Assembly: GCA_013265495.1 (NCBI GenBank)
Contig: MU058205.1
Location: 384,312 to 448,311, forward strand
Origin: Vicugna vicugna
Taxonomy: Eukaryota
Direction: 5' to 3'
DNA: 64,000 nucleotides
A program made the position numbers and the translations under genes. Under the pieces are notes generated by a model. That model was not told the DNA's origin. It searched no databases and saw only the letters and a list, made by a program, of their open reading frames with translations. Below, one piece after another: positions 48,996-61,941 of this stretch; position 1 is the first letter of the stretch, and every line of letters starts with the position of its first letter.

Positions 48996-49332
48996 AATTA
49001 TATATTTAGTTATATATGATCCATAAATATGTATAGATAGATAGATATGGTATGCACAAACCAAAAATGTATGAGACACACATGAAAAGAGAAAGGAATC
49101 CATGCATAACACTAAAGAAAGCCCTTAAATCACAAAGGAAGAGAGCAAAAGAAGGGATACAATTATATATTTAGTTATATATGATCCATAAATGTGTATA
49201 GATAGATAGATAGATAGATACGGTATGCACAAGCCAAAAATGTATGAGACACACACGAAAAGAGAAAGGAATCCATGCATAACACTAAAGAAAGCCCTTA
49301 AATCACAAAGGAAGAGAGCAAAAGAAGGGATA
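48996..49332. repeat. 165-bp tandem duplication inside the L1 inter-ORF region
   Basis: 48996-49160 is repeated from 49161, with ~4 substitutions and two extra GATA units in copy 2. Confidence 0.95.
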
Positions 49333-51001
49333 AAGAAGAAAGGATAAAAAAGAACTACAAAAAAACTGAAAAAATTTACAAAATGGCAATAAGTGCATAC
49401 CTATCAATAATTAAATGTAAATGGATGAAATGTTTCAATAAAAAGACATAGAGTGGCTGAAGAGATTTAAAAAAATAAACCATATACATGCTGCCTTACA
49501 AGAGACTCATTTCAGATTAAAAGACACACACAGACTGAAAGTAAGATGATGGAAAAATGGTATTCCATGCAAATGGAAACACAAAGAAAGGTAGAGTAGC
49601 AATACTTACAACAGACAAAAGAGACTTTAAAACAAAGACTGTTACAAGAGACAAAGAAGGACATTACATAATGATAAAGGGACCAATCCAAGAAGATATA
49701 ACAACTGTAAATATATATGCACCACACATAAGAGCACCTAAATACATAAAACAAATGTTTACAGGCATTAATGGAGAAATTGACAGTAACATAATCATAA
49801 TAAGGGACATTAACATGTTAATGGATCAATGGACAGATCATCCAGACAGAAAATCAATAAGGAAACTTTGTCCTTAAATGATATATTAGATCAGATGGAC
49901 TTAATAGATGTTTATAGAATATTCAATCCAAAAGCACAGAATACATATTCTTTTTAAGTGCACATGAAACATCCTAGAGGATATATTACATGCTAGGCTA
50001 CAAAACAAGTCTCAATAAATTGAAGACGATTGAAATCATATCAAGTAACTTTTCCAGCCACAGTGTTATGAGACTAGAAATCAATGACAAGAAAAAACTA
50101 AAGAACACAAACATGTGGAGGCTCAACAATATGCTACTAAACAATGAGTCACTGAAGAAATCAAAGAGGAAATCAAAAAACACCTGGCCATATGAAAATG
50201 AAAACACAACAATCAAAAATCTATGAGATACAGCAATAGCAGTTTCAAGAGAAAAGTTTATATTATAGCAATACAAGCCTATTTCAGGAAACAAACAAAA
50301 AACTGAAATAAACCACCTAAACTTACACCAAAAGGAACTAAAAAAAGAGAATAAACAAAACCCAAAGTTAGCAAAAGGAAAGAAATCATTAAGATCAGAG
50401 TAGAGATAAATGAAACAAAGACTAAAAAAAATCAATAGAAACGATCAATGAAACTAAGGGCTGGTTCTTTGAAAAGATAAACAAAAATGACAAACCTATA
50501 GCCAAACTCATCAAGAAAAAAGAGAGAGGACCAAAATCAATAAAATCAGAAATGAAAAAGGAGAAAGTACAACTGACACCACAAAAATACAAAGGATGAT
50601 AAGAGATTACTCTGAACAAGTTTATGTCAATAAAATGGATAATCTAGAGGAAATGGACAAATCCCTAGATATGCACAATCTCCCAAGACTGAATCAGGAA
50701 GAAATATAAAATATCAACAGATCAATTACCAGTAATGAAATTGAATCAGTTGAAAAAAAAAAAATCCCAACAACAACAAAAAAGTTCAGGACTGGGTGTT
50801 TTCACAGGTGAATTCTACCAAACATTTAAATAAGAGTTAACACTGATCCTTCTCAAACTATTCCAAAAAATCACAGAAGGAATACTTCTGAACTCATTCC
50901 ATGAGGCCAGCATCACCCTGATACCAAAACCAGAAAAAGATGCCACATATAGGCCAATATCACTGGTGACCATCAATACAAAAATCCTTTAAAAAACAAA
51001 A

Positions 51002-51178
51002 CAGTTGACCCTTGAACAACACGGGAATTGGGGTCACCAACCCCTTGTGTGGTCAAAAAGCTGTGTATAATTCAATCAACTGAGCATCATGTGGTACCAT
51101 AATACCAACTTATTAAAAATGAATCCATATATAAGTGGACCCAGGCAGTTCAAACCTGTGTTGTTCAAGGGTCAACTG
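51002..51178. mobile_element. Tc1/mariner Tigger2-type MITE
   Basis: TIRs cagttgacccttgaacaacac ... gtgttgttcaagggtcaactg (21 bp perfect). TA on the right flank. L1 ORF2 sequence resumes after it. Confidence 0.9.
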
Positions 51179-52739
51179 TATTAGTTAGCAAACTGAATTC
51201 AACAATACATTAAAAGGATCAGCCATCATGATCAAGTGGAATTTATTCCAGGGAGGCAAGGATGGTTTAATGTCCACAAATCAATCCATGTGATACACCA
51301 CACTAACAAATTGGAGAATGAAAACCATATGATCATCTCAATAGACACAGAAAAAGCTTTTGAAAAAAATCTAAATCCATTTATAATAAAAATTCCCAAC
51401 AAAGTTGGTATAGAAGAAATAACTCAACATAATAAAAGGCATGTACGACAAACTGAAAGCCACCATCGTATTCAGCAGTGAAAAGCATTTCCTCTAAGAT
51501 CAGGAACAAGACAAGAATACCCACCCTTGACACTTTTATTCAATGTAGTATTGGAAGTCCTAGCCACAGTAATAAGACAAGGAAATGAAATAAAAGGAAT
51601 CCAAATTGAAAAGGAAGAAGTAAAATGGTCACTGTTTGCAGGTGACATGACACTATATATGGGAAATCCTAAGGACACCTGAAAACTATTAGAAGTAATA
51701 AATGAATTCAGAATTCAGTAAATTTGCAAGACACAAAATTAATATACAGAAATCTATGTGTTTCTAAATGCTAACAACAAACTGTCAGAAAGAGGAGTTA
51801 TGAAAGCAATCCCATTTACAATTGCATCAAAAAAAAAATAAATAAAATACCTAGAAGTAAATCTAACCAAAGAGGTAAAAGACCTTTATTTGAAAAACTG
51901 TAAGACATTGATGAAAGGAATTGAAGCCAACACAAATGGAAAGATATACCATACTCATAGATTGGAAGAAGTAATATTGCTAAAATGACCATACTACCCT
52001 AGGCAGTCTACAGATTTAATGCAATCCCCCAACAGCATAACAATGGCACTTTTCACAGAATCAGAACAAATCATTGCAAAATTTGTATGGAAACACAAAA
52101 GACCCTGAAGAGCCAAAACAACCTTGAGAAAGAAGAAAAAAGCTGGAGGTATCACGTAACTTGATTTTAAACTATACTACAAAGCTACAGTAATCAAAAC
52201 AATGTGGTATTGATTTTGGCACAAAAACGGACACACAGATCAATGGAACAGAATGGAATGGAAATAAATCCACAGTTACATGGTCAATTAACCTATAACA
52301 AAGGAGGCAAGAATATATACCAAGGGAAAGACAGCTAAGGTTTGAGATATTTGCTATAGAACAATAGGTAACTAATGCAATGGCCTATTCAAGAATGGAG
52401 GGGGGAGGTCTTCACAATGTCTGCCCAGCAGAAGTTCAAATATGCTGTGTGCCCACCCCTCTTCAACTTGTGCCCGGTTCTATATGCCCACCGCTGTTCA
52501 CCTTGGTGGGTGTGACCTTGTACTGTGGTTATCCTGTTCCCATCCCACCAGCGTACATGCGGCTCATGAGGACATGGTGGAGGCTGGGGAGGGAAGGACA
52601 TGCATCATCTCAGTTCTCAGGGCGTCAGACTGGGAGTGGCCACTTGTACACAGATGGGGAGACTGCACATCACTGGAGTGTGACTACTGACCTGGACGCA
52701 GAGTCTGGGCGGGGTTAAGCCGTGTTTCCCTTGAGAAGG

Positions 52740-53074
52740 AATGAGTGTGGGAGAAAGAATGAGACAGATGTTTGATGACCAGAAAGATTCCAGGCCTGGC
52801 CCCTAAAACATCTCCTAACCATTCTTGTTACTACCCTCTTCCCTCACCAGTTGGCCATATGCAGTGGAGCTGGTGCAGGACTCAGAGGCCCAGGGAGTGC
52901 AGAGAGCCCCAGACAGAAGGGGCCTGGCCAGCGCGCACACACACACACACATACACACACACGCACACACACGCTGGACTACAGAGTAAGACAGAAATAG
53001 GCTTTTATTTTTGTTTTGTTAAGCCACTGAAATTAGATGTTCATTCGAGCAGCTAGCCTACCCTTACCAAAACA
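52740..53074 (+). mobile_element. Old MaLR LTR (MLT1J/K-like) with internal (CA)n at ~52933-52972
   Basis: 'cctggcccctaaaacatctcc...gacagaaggggcctgg...gttaagccactgaaatt....gcagctagcctacccttaccaaaaca'. Confidence 0.65.
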
Positions 53075-56000
53075 ATTTAACTCGTCTGCTCTAAACCGCA
53101 ATTCTACTGAGAGTCGGCGCCAAAAATTTCACAAATATATGAAAGGAATCCTGGAGTTAGGGCAACCCACATTTACCATCTCTGACAACTCCTGTGATAT
53201 TTAGTTCCAGAATTTAAAACCAGCAGAATGAAAACCATCTCTCCAGGCTGGCTTTTCTCTTAACTCAGTACTACGTTCCTCCTTTAGTGATTAAGAGCGT
53301 AAACTCTGGAGCTCAGATTACTTAATTTTGTTCTCATATCAGCCATGTAATAAGATACGTTCTATCTGGGATAGTCAAGGCCCTAAGAGCCTTTGCCCAA
53401 AGCCACGCATCCAGCTCTCCCGGCTTCACATCCAACCGCCTTTCTCTCACGTCCCAACACAAGGGGAAAAGAGAGCCCATCGGTCTGTGGCCTTGAGTTT
53501 CTTCCCCTCTGCAAGTCTTAACTGCCGTCTGACTTCAAACACGTGAAAACATCAGGCAAGCCCCTCTTCCCAGTTCTAACGAGACCCTTCCCAGATAAAG
53601 ATGATTCCATCCGGCTGGAAATGCTTTCCTGGAGCAGGAAAAAAGCCCTCCCTCCTGAATTTCCCACCAGGCCAGACGCCACACCCCTTGCTCTGAGCGC
53701 AGCCTTCTGCGCTCTTCCCACCTCGGGCAGGCCCCGGGAGGGCGGCAGTCTTCACCGCAGGAGTCTGCACTTCTAGAGGTAAACGGATCCTAAACCCCAG
53801 TCACTGCCCCTCGGTGACACTAGAGACACCACCACAGGAGCAGGGGAGCCCGCTTGCCGAGCACTCGAGAAGGCACTCTCAGCGGCCCTAATGTACACAC
53901 AGCAGCCCCGTCTGTGCAGGAGAAAGACAACACAACGGTCTCTGGAAACAGATAACGCTCAGCGCTGGAAGCTGTGCAGAGCACCACCGTGGGAGGCGCT
54001 GTCTCCCCCACCCAGGCAAGTTTCACACGGAGCCAGCAGCTTGGGGGTGGGCCTCAGAGGCCAGACAACCAATGAGCCTTTGCCTTCGTGATGTAATGCT
54101 ACCAGCGTGGAATCTCATTGGCTGCAGGACTTGTCATGAACTCACCAAGCTTTGCAAGGACGAAGTCAGTGAAATCCAGGGTTTTCTCCCATAATGAGAG
54201 GCTCGGTTAAGCCCTGGTTGAACTCGGTGGCTGTTTTTCTATCCTACAGTGCCCTTCTGAAATCAGGCACACAGCTTGTGGGGTTTGGGGGCTTTTGTGC
54301 ATTTTCCTTTCCTTAGCATAAAAAGCCCTTCAATTAATAGATTTTCCAAAGCAGTAAATATTTTCTGGACATTAATGCCCCATAATTTTCAGAATCCTGC
54401 GGTGACTTTTATTATTTCTATTTTATTCATGCAAACAGCCTGGAGCAGAAAAATTCCCCAATGGCACTGATTCTAGGGGTGAGGACCGTTGGCCGCAGAT
54501 TTGAAAAACAGAAAGAAGAGGAAGGAGCCACGAGTCTGGGAGCGGCTCTGGCAATACCCTCCGGGCTGTGGAGGCACCTTTTCCCGTGTGTGCGTTCACT
54601 CGGCAGCCGGCTGCCGTGCCCCGGAGCGCCGGCCGGGGGCCTGTGTGCAGGGCAGTGCGCTGGGGGAGGTGGGCCCAGGGCCGGCTGAGCTGGGCTCGTC
54701 CCAGCAGCCACGTGGCTCTGAGCAGGTCCTGTGCTTGTGGGAGCGTCAGCTTCTGCGCCATAAAGTGAGCCTACGAGTGTCTCCCTGGCAGAGAAACTGT
54801 CAGGAAGTGAGGAGCGCGCATGGGTGAGTCCCTGGCGCAAAGTCGGTGCTTGAAAAAGTCTAGGTTGGCTCCAAATGGTGTCTGTTCCAGGCAATGAGCT
54901 TTAGGAGAGATGGGGGTTCAGCCAGAATCCACGAGAGGCTGGGATGAGGCAACCTCCCGGGCTGGCCCGGGCCAGGTGCCCGAGGCAGTCTCATGCAGGG
55001 GGAGACCACTGTCCCAGGAACGTGGGCTCAGCCTTGCCCTGTGAACTTCCACAGGGGCCCTGAGGCGGAGCAGCCCCGCCCGCCCGGCAGTCACATTTCC
55101 CACAAGGCGGTGGCAGGGCCACGTGCTCTCCACCCAGATGCGCCCGCAGGACTTGACCAGCCGGATGCCCAGGTGTGTGACACACCTCCCTGGCACACGC
55201 GGGGGCTCCCTAAGCTTTGAGAAAAGCAGGAAGGGAATAGAGAGGCAACGTTTCTGGTTTCTTAGGACCAAAGTACACTTCTTTGATTTAGCATGGCGTT
55301 AGATCTGGATATTCAAAAACACACCAAGCAGTTGTGGGCTGGACAGCTATCTTTCCTCCAGTATGAGGACAAGATGAGGCAGCAGCCTGGGGAGAAGTCA
55401 TGTTGAAAATGGACGAGCCTGGGTAGGGGCCTCTTGGGAGACAGAGGGACATTGGCAGGAAGGCATGTTTCCGGGGATGCGGAAGGGGGTCTGAGTTCAA
55501 AGGCTGTGTTCTCAGCCCTGCAGCCATCCTCTCTCCACACCTGCTACCCAGCCACCAAGATGGCCACCCAGCCAGCCCTGCACTGGCTTATGTCACCCGA
55601 GAGAACAAAAAAACGCTGCCATCACAGAATCTTCTCAGGAACAGGAAACTCTGAAGCTTTTGTCCAGGCTGAAGAGGGAGTGCACTGGAGAGCGCAGCCC
55701 TGGGCCCTCCCCTGCCCCATCAGCCCTCAGGGATCATGAACAGGAGCGTGCAGACACCACACCTCCCGCGGCATAGACCACAGAGATGAAGCTACAGTAT
55801 GTCACACTTGGCATCTGAAAATTCCCTTTTACACAGTCATCCAGACAACACGGAGGAGCTTCCACGACTTCCCTGAGTGACACAATTAGTCACGCTTCAC
55901 TGCAAGGCTGTTTCCAATTTACAGCGCAGCTTTCCCAGCATTTGGCACATGCAAATGTGAGTGCCTTCTGCCTCTGACAGTGTGTCTCTCAGAGGCTTAC

Positions 56001-58811
56001 CACATGGGAGGGTTGGTTTCTTGCTTGGAGGAGCCACAAAGATACAGAATCAGGAGCTCTCCCCCATCATAAAAGCCACCGACCCCTCCCTGCCACCCTG
56101 AGCACGCACATTGGCAATGGGATTTTTTTCTTTCTTTCTTTGACAAACGGGAACTCTGACAATTGGAGATTTTCTCCAGGCCCCACGAGAGTTAAGTGAC
56201 TAGACCTCGATTTAGTCTGGCCTGTCTCCCTCCCGAGCAGAGTGTGTTTCTCCTCTGTAGCCACAAATCCAGAGGTGGCACTATCGTTGGCCACTTGACA
56301 CCACATCACTCAGCCTCCACATCACTCAGCCTCCACACCCAGCTGGAGCTACATTTGTGAATTGGGCTGGTCTCCCAGAGGCTGAGCTGCTCAGTTCTTT
56401 GACTCTGCAGTAATGATGGGCAAACCAAGAATTGCACATTGGCTCCCCGCCACACTCCTGCACTGTCATCCGGTGGGAGGTGGCCGCACACCAAGAGAGC
56501 CCACTGGGTCAGTCCAGTGGTGGCTGGCATGTCCTCTCCGCTCTGCATCAGCAGCAGGAAAGAAGCCCTCAAAATGGTCTGAAATGACTGCCTCCTTCCT
56601 TCCCCTACCACCCCTCCCCCTTGCTGTCTTTTGGCTGACCCCTCCCCCATCTCAGGTCCTCAATTCACCCACCCTAAGCCTGAGTCTACTCCCCCAACCC
56701 ATGTCCATCTCTGGCAATGTTCAAAGTGGTCAAAGTCTTCACTGAGTCTTACACCTAGTTTTGAAGTCCATAATTCAAAACCTGGGAAAAGCCACCCTTG
56801 GACTTGGTGGCAGAGGTAAGTGCCTGCCATCTGCTTCCTCCACTCTGATGAGCTGGAGAGGTGTGGTGAAACAGGTCACCATGCCTAGGGACAGGGATGG
56901 AAGGGTCACTCCCCAGCAGCAGAGCAGATTTCTCCTGGGGGCATCCACCTCCCACCCTCTCTGGGCCCCAAGCAGCTCTCCCCTGAATCACATCCTTGAA
57001 CTTCCCTGTGGATTCCGGCCGGGGCTCTTAGAGCCTCAAACAGCAAACCCCTTTACCGAGCATCAATCGAGCACCAGGCGCGGTGCAGGACATGCACCGA
57101 CCCACACATCGCGCAGCAGGAACATGCCAGGCCCTCCACACACTGCAGGCCCCAGTGAGCAGCGGGTCTCCTCTGACGTTTGGCTGTGACCCTGCTCCTC
57201 CCCCAGGCCGGGGCAGAGGGTGCTCTCGAAGTGGACGTTAGTCTGTGCTGTCGACAGAAGCCGTCCACGGTACAAGGTGACTGAATGTCAGCTTTCCCCA
57301 GGGTGGGGGTCTGCACAGAGCCCATGAAGACCAGCCTTTCCCCTCCCATCATCACAGCACTACACAGAGCACCCACCTTCTCCTCTCTCCTGCGGGTGAA
57401 TTAAGTACTGTTCCCAAGGTTTCGGGAAGGAGCTTTACTAGGAAGGCTCAGCAGGCACTTGAGGTGTCACGGGATCTAGGGCAGGATTTTTTTTTCCCAG
57501 TGAAAAGGCTGCAGCCGTTTGTTCCTGGTCACACTCCTGCTAAACAGCCAAACATCGCTGCTGCCTTCAGGGAACCGCATGATAACTAATACTCTCAAAG
57601 AGCTCTTGCTGGATCCTCTGCAGCTCTACACATAAAAATTCTTATTTATTCGCCCTCTAAGTCTTCCAGAAACAGGGATGGCACATCCTGCCCCGGTGAT
57701 GACTGCCCAGTGACAATGAAAATTAAGGACAGGGTGCAAAGAATATCTAAAGATCCCACTGCTTCATCGGTGAGTCCTTTCTAAAGACTTTTTGTTAAGT
57801 AAGTAGGACTTTTCAGTCACTTTCCAACTCTCTGGACTGCGGTCCAAAGATGAACTGGGTCCACTGTTGGGGAGGGAGGGAGGGGTAGGTGGGGGACTGG
57901 TAATACTCTCCCTCTGTCAGCACGACAAGCCTCTCTTGGACAGTCAGTCCCTCACTGTGGCTGAGGGACTTCGAGACAGGTAAGAAAAGCCCGGGGAAGT
58001 TGAACAGCTACTCCAAGATCAGAAAGAAAGCTGAGGGGTGAATCCAGAAATAAGCCCACGGTCCGAGGTCAGGCCAAGGCATCTCTCTCTCTGTCCAAGA
58101 TGGATTTGCTTAGAAGAGCTGTGTTTCCAAGGCGGAGACTGGAGGCGGTGCTCGGGGCCCAGGTTCTTGACAGGAGAGCTCCAGAGAGGACCTCTTTCCT
58201 CGGATGCTGCAGAGAAGCCCCGAGCTCTTGGTCGCCAAGCACCACTCCCACCACCACCACCACTTGCAGAAGTCTGAGAGCAGTCTGGGGGCCACCCCCT
58301 CCGAGACTCAGCCCTCATCCCCTCCGTGCCTCCTCCTGTGGCCCTGGAGCTCCTGCTGGGTGGGACAAGCATGGACATGGCCCCCGAGCAACCTCGGGGT
58401 TGTCTTTGCCAAGGAAGGGGCGACTCCAGTGTGTGTTAAGCCTATGGCTTCAGGTGAACCGGAGCGCCCTGGTGTAACCACAACAAGCAAAGTGAGGAAA
58501 GGCGCTGTGGCTTCCACTGTCAGCTGTAATTAAATTGGAAACAATGGAGAGCTTTTATAATGAGCCTGTCTCATTTCTTGGCCTTGTGATGCAGGTCTGG
58601 CAAGATACCTGTTGATCAGGAAAAGTAACTATGCTAATGATAGCTTATTGGGTCTAACTCCCTTGTCCCCAGATGCCAGCTCTCTCACCTGACCTGAGCA
58701 TCCTGCCTGAAATGTTTCATGGTGGAGAGGTCACTTAACCCGTCTGGGGTCACTGACACAGAGGGAGCACTAAGTAATTTACTTCTTTATCAAATGCTTA
58801 TGTAGCAATTA

Positions 58812-58905
58812 CCTAACACTAAGTTACATAGCACTAAGTTTACGTAGCTCTTAAGTAACACTAAGTTTACGTAGCACTAAGTTTACGTAGCACTTACGTA
58901 ACAAC
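58812..58905. repeat. Short ~16-bp tandem repeat (cactaagtttacgtag) in a MIR-like tail
   Basis: Four to five degenerate copies are visible directly. Confidence 0.8.
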
Positions 58906-59009
58906 ACTGTTTCACATCTCATGGAAGCACTTTACGTGCACTAATTCCTTAAGTCTTGAAAGAATCCTACTGGGTAGATCTGATTATTGCCTCCATTTAA
59001 AAAATAATG

Positions 59010-59398
59010 GCTCCCTTCTCACCACTCCTTTCCAGTGTTGTACTGGAAGTCCGAGCTCACGTAGTAAGAAATGGAGATCAAAGGTATAAGACTGAGAAGG
59101 AAGAAATCAAACTGTCTTTATTCGCAAATGACATGATTGTGTAGAAATCTGTAAGAATTGATGACACAACAACAAAACTCCTGGAGCTAATACACAATGA
59201 CAGTGAGGTTGCCGGATATAGGATTAATGTACAAGAGTCGAATGCCTTTCTATGTGCCAGTTACGAACAAGTGGAATTTGAGACTAAAAACCAAACCCAT
59301 TGCCATTCATATTAGCACCCCAAAAATGAAATACTGGGGTGTAAGTCTAACAAAATAGGGCCAAGATCTATATGAAGAAAACTGAAAAATGATGCAAA
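59010..59398 (+). mobile_element. L1 ORF2 fragment splitting a minus-strand MIR
   Basis: 'aaggaagaaatcaaactgtctttattcgcaaatgacatgattgt' (LFA.DM). MIR halves at ~58900-59000 (attattgcctccattt) and ~59400-59510 (tgag.cacagagagg..gacctgtctaagttcacacagct). Confidence 0.8.
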
Positions 59399-59629
59399 AT
59401 TGAGTCACAGAGAGGGTGATTGACCTGTCTAAGTTCACACAGCTTATACGGGGAAGGTAGGATATGAAACCAGGAAGACTGGCTCTGACCCCCATGCTCT
59501 GCTGCCTTGCTGGTGAGGACTCCTGGCATCCAGGCCCGAGGTACCAAGGATTTACACATATACACTGCTCTCTGCTGACTCTAAGACATTGAGTATGAGG
59601 GCTGGCACTAAACTGTACAAACCACAGTC

Positions 59630-59790
59630 AGAGAAAGGACCTGGAGATGGCGTTCATCCCTTCTGCTCACATCCTATTGGTCAGAACCCAATTCCGTGAC
59701 CCCGTCTCTCTACAAGGGAGCCTGGAGATGCAGGCCAGGAGGAGTAAAGGGAAACAGGATTTGGCCAACACATACAAGTCTCTATCCCTG
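59630..59790 (-). mobile_element. Old MaLR LTR fragment
   Basis: 'catcccttctgctcacatcctattggtcagaac...tacaagggagcctgg.gatg' follows the MLT1 pattern. Confidence 0.6.
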
Positions 59791-59808
59791 CCCTTTACAT
59801 GTACTATC

Positions 59809-59939
59809 TTTGGGGGAGGGAAGGAGGGTGGTAATTAAGGTTATTTATTTATTTTTCCAGTAGAGGAACTGGGGAATTTGAACCCAGGAACTCATGCATG
59901 CTAGTCATGCACTCTACAACTGAGCTCTACCCTTCCCCC
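59809..59939 (-). mobile_element. tRNA-derived SINE, camelid Vic-1-like
   Basis: Reverse complement of the SINE at 43524 (ggtaattaaggttatttattt...ttgaacccagg...actgagctctaccc). TSD-like flanks tactatcttt/tattatattt. Confidence 0.9.
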
Positions 59940-61465
59940 TATATTATATTTAAATTCACTCTGTTGACTGCTGAATGTAATTGGACCTCCCTGGGTCGGC
60001 CTGGAATTGCTCAAAGGACAGGCTTTGGTGGGTTAGCACAGCCTCAAGTCAGCCAGGTATGACCTCACCCTACTCTCCTCCAGCTTAGCTACACTCAGCT
60101 CCCACATGCTCTTGGGACGCTTTGAGGACAGCCCCAAGGCTGCCAAAAGCACTTATGTGACTTAAAAAAAGCCCTAAACCCTCTGTCAGTTTCAGAACAG
60201 CCCAGACCTCTGCCATGCGTTCTGGAGAGGGATAACTACATGAAAGAGGAAAGAGTATACTTCAATAAGAAAAAGAAAGAAAGAGAGAAAGAAAGGAAGG
60301 AAGAAAAGAAAAGAAAAAAGACGTAACATTGTACACTGACTACACTTCAACGGGAAAAGAAAAGAGGAAAGGGTGACACGTGGGAGAAACATGAGAAGAA
60401 ACTGTCTGTTGGAGGCAGTGTGTGTGTGTGCACACATGCTACGTGTAAGCATCACAGTAGGATGTTTAAATATCATATTGAGGAGTTACACACAGGTGAG
60501 TGTGCCCCATTCAGGTATCTGAACATCAGCTTTGATGAGGGAGGCAAGTGGAGACCACTCACCAGACACTGAATAGGGAATTGACGACGTGAAGTGGTGA
60601 TGGAGAGCTTGGCTCTGGCTGAGCTGTGCACAGTGGACTGGAGGTAGGGAGGGGAGCATGGGAGAATCTCTTGGTTTTGAAAACACGATACTGACCCCAT
60701 GGTTGAAAAGGTCCTGACTCTAGTCTCATCTTTATCAAACGTGTCCTCCTCTTCCAAGGTCCCAATTAGCCCCGAATTCTGTGCGTATCTCATTCCTTCA
60801 CTTTCAGATGATTGTACCAGTTTCCTACTGGTCACCCTTGACGTCAAAAGCATCTCCCCCACCACATTTCAGTGCCCCCAGATTAATCACCAGTAAGCAT
60901 GGCTTTAATCTTGAAAAGAACTTCCCACAGGTCATCATGATCCTGACTGAAGCTCCTTAGCCGGGTGTGGACGGGGTCCCAGGCAGGTGTAAGCAGCACG
61001 AACCACCACTGCACCCTGGGCAGCTTTGGGTCTGCGCACCTTGGAGGAGAAAGAAAGTGGCTAGCCTGGATGGCAAGGGAATTATCCTTGCCCCGTGCCC
61101 TCACCCCAGTGGACTAGGCCATGTGTGGGGCATGGGAGGGCAGTTGAGAAGAACAGAAGCGAAACCTCTTGGGAGAAACCTCCAAGAGAAGAGAAAGCCT
61201 GGGGGGAGGTGTGAGGACCAAAACGTCCGCATCCCGGGGGCACTGGATGGTCCGCACCAGACCTCCTCTGTCAGGTGCTGCGGCATGGGAGTCAAACCTG
61301 GCATTTTTAACAGGATCCCAGGCTCTAGGACAGTGTTTCAGCTGAACAGCAAGAAAGTGGGACTCTTCCAAGCGTACCAGTTGGTGGACTAACGACTGGT
61401 CTTCATGCATGTGGACGGAGCAGTTCTCACCATTGATATGTGGCTCCAGCATGAACAGTGTCTGC

Positions 61466-61941
61466 TGTGTCAGGGTCCCCAGGACACCCTCGGGTTCAGT
61501 AATGCCCGAGGAGGCCCCGCGGGCTCTGTGTACGCTTTCCGAGTGGCTGTGAGGACACAGTACAATTGCCAGAGGGAAAAGGGGTGAGGTCCAGAGGAAA
61601 CCAGGCACACTTCCAGGACCCCCAGGGAGACACGCAGCACTAATTCCCCGTGTGAAAGGCTCATCAGACACTCAGTGCCCAGGGATGTCCTTGGGGGCTG
61701 ATCACGTGAGCATCCCTGCCTGGCAAGTCCCCAGTCCCCAGACCCCAGAGGAGACCAGGTGAACCACACTGGACCCCCAGCGCAGGCGCAGGGAGCCACT
61801 CTCCTCGGCTTAGGGCACGGTAGGGAGCTCCCAAAATCCACGTTCCCAGATGCCAGCCCAGGGCCAGCCTGGTGAGCTGGCCTCTCCGAGGACGGGCCTT
61901 CAGCCCCCTAACGCCCCACCATTTTAACTCTTTTCTGCACA
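61466..61941. mobile_element. MER21C-like LTR
   Basis: 'tgtcagggtcccc..acaccctcgggttca...gtccagaggaaaccaggcaca.ttcca...gctcatcagacactcagtgcccaggg...ttaactcttttctgcaca' follows the MER21 consensus as recalled. Confidence 0.75.

Larger units (their letters stand above)
46870..52335 (+). mobile_element. 5'-intact, 3'-truncated L1 (5' UTR, ORF1, ORF2), decayed
   Basis: 5' end 'gggaggag..ccaagatggcagagtagga'. ORF1 EIGNLPDKKFKVMIIKML. ORF2 [54 protein letters not shown]. Multiple stops and frameshifts. Confidence 0.95.

Noticed and set aside
56301..56337. 16-bp tandem duplication ccacatcactcagcct
   Set aside because: Ordinary slippage duplication with no further structure.
60473..60865. 130-aa minus-strand ORF with acidic stretch (EEEDTFDKDE)
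   Set aside because: No protein family recognised and no convincing exon boundaries; may overlap a decayed L2.
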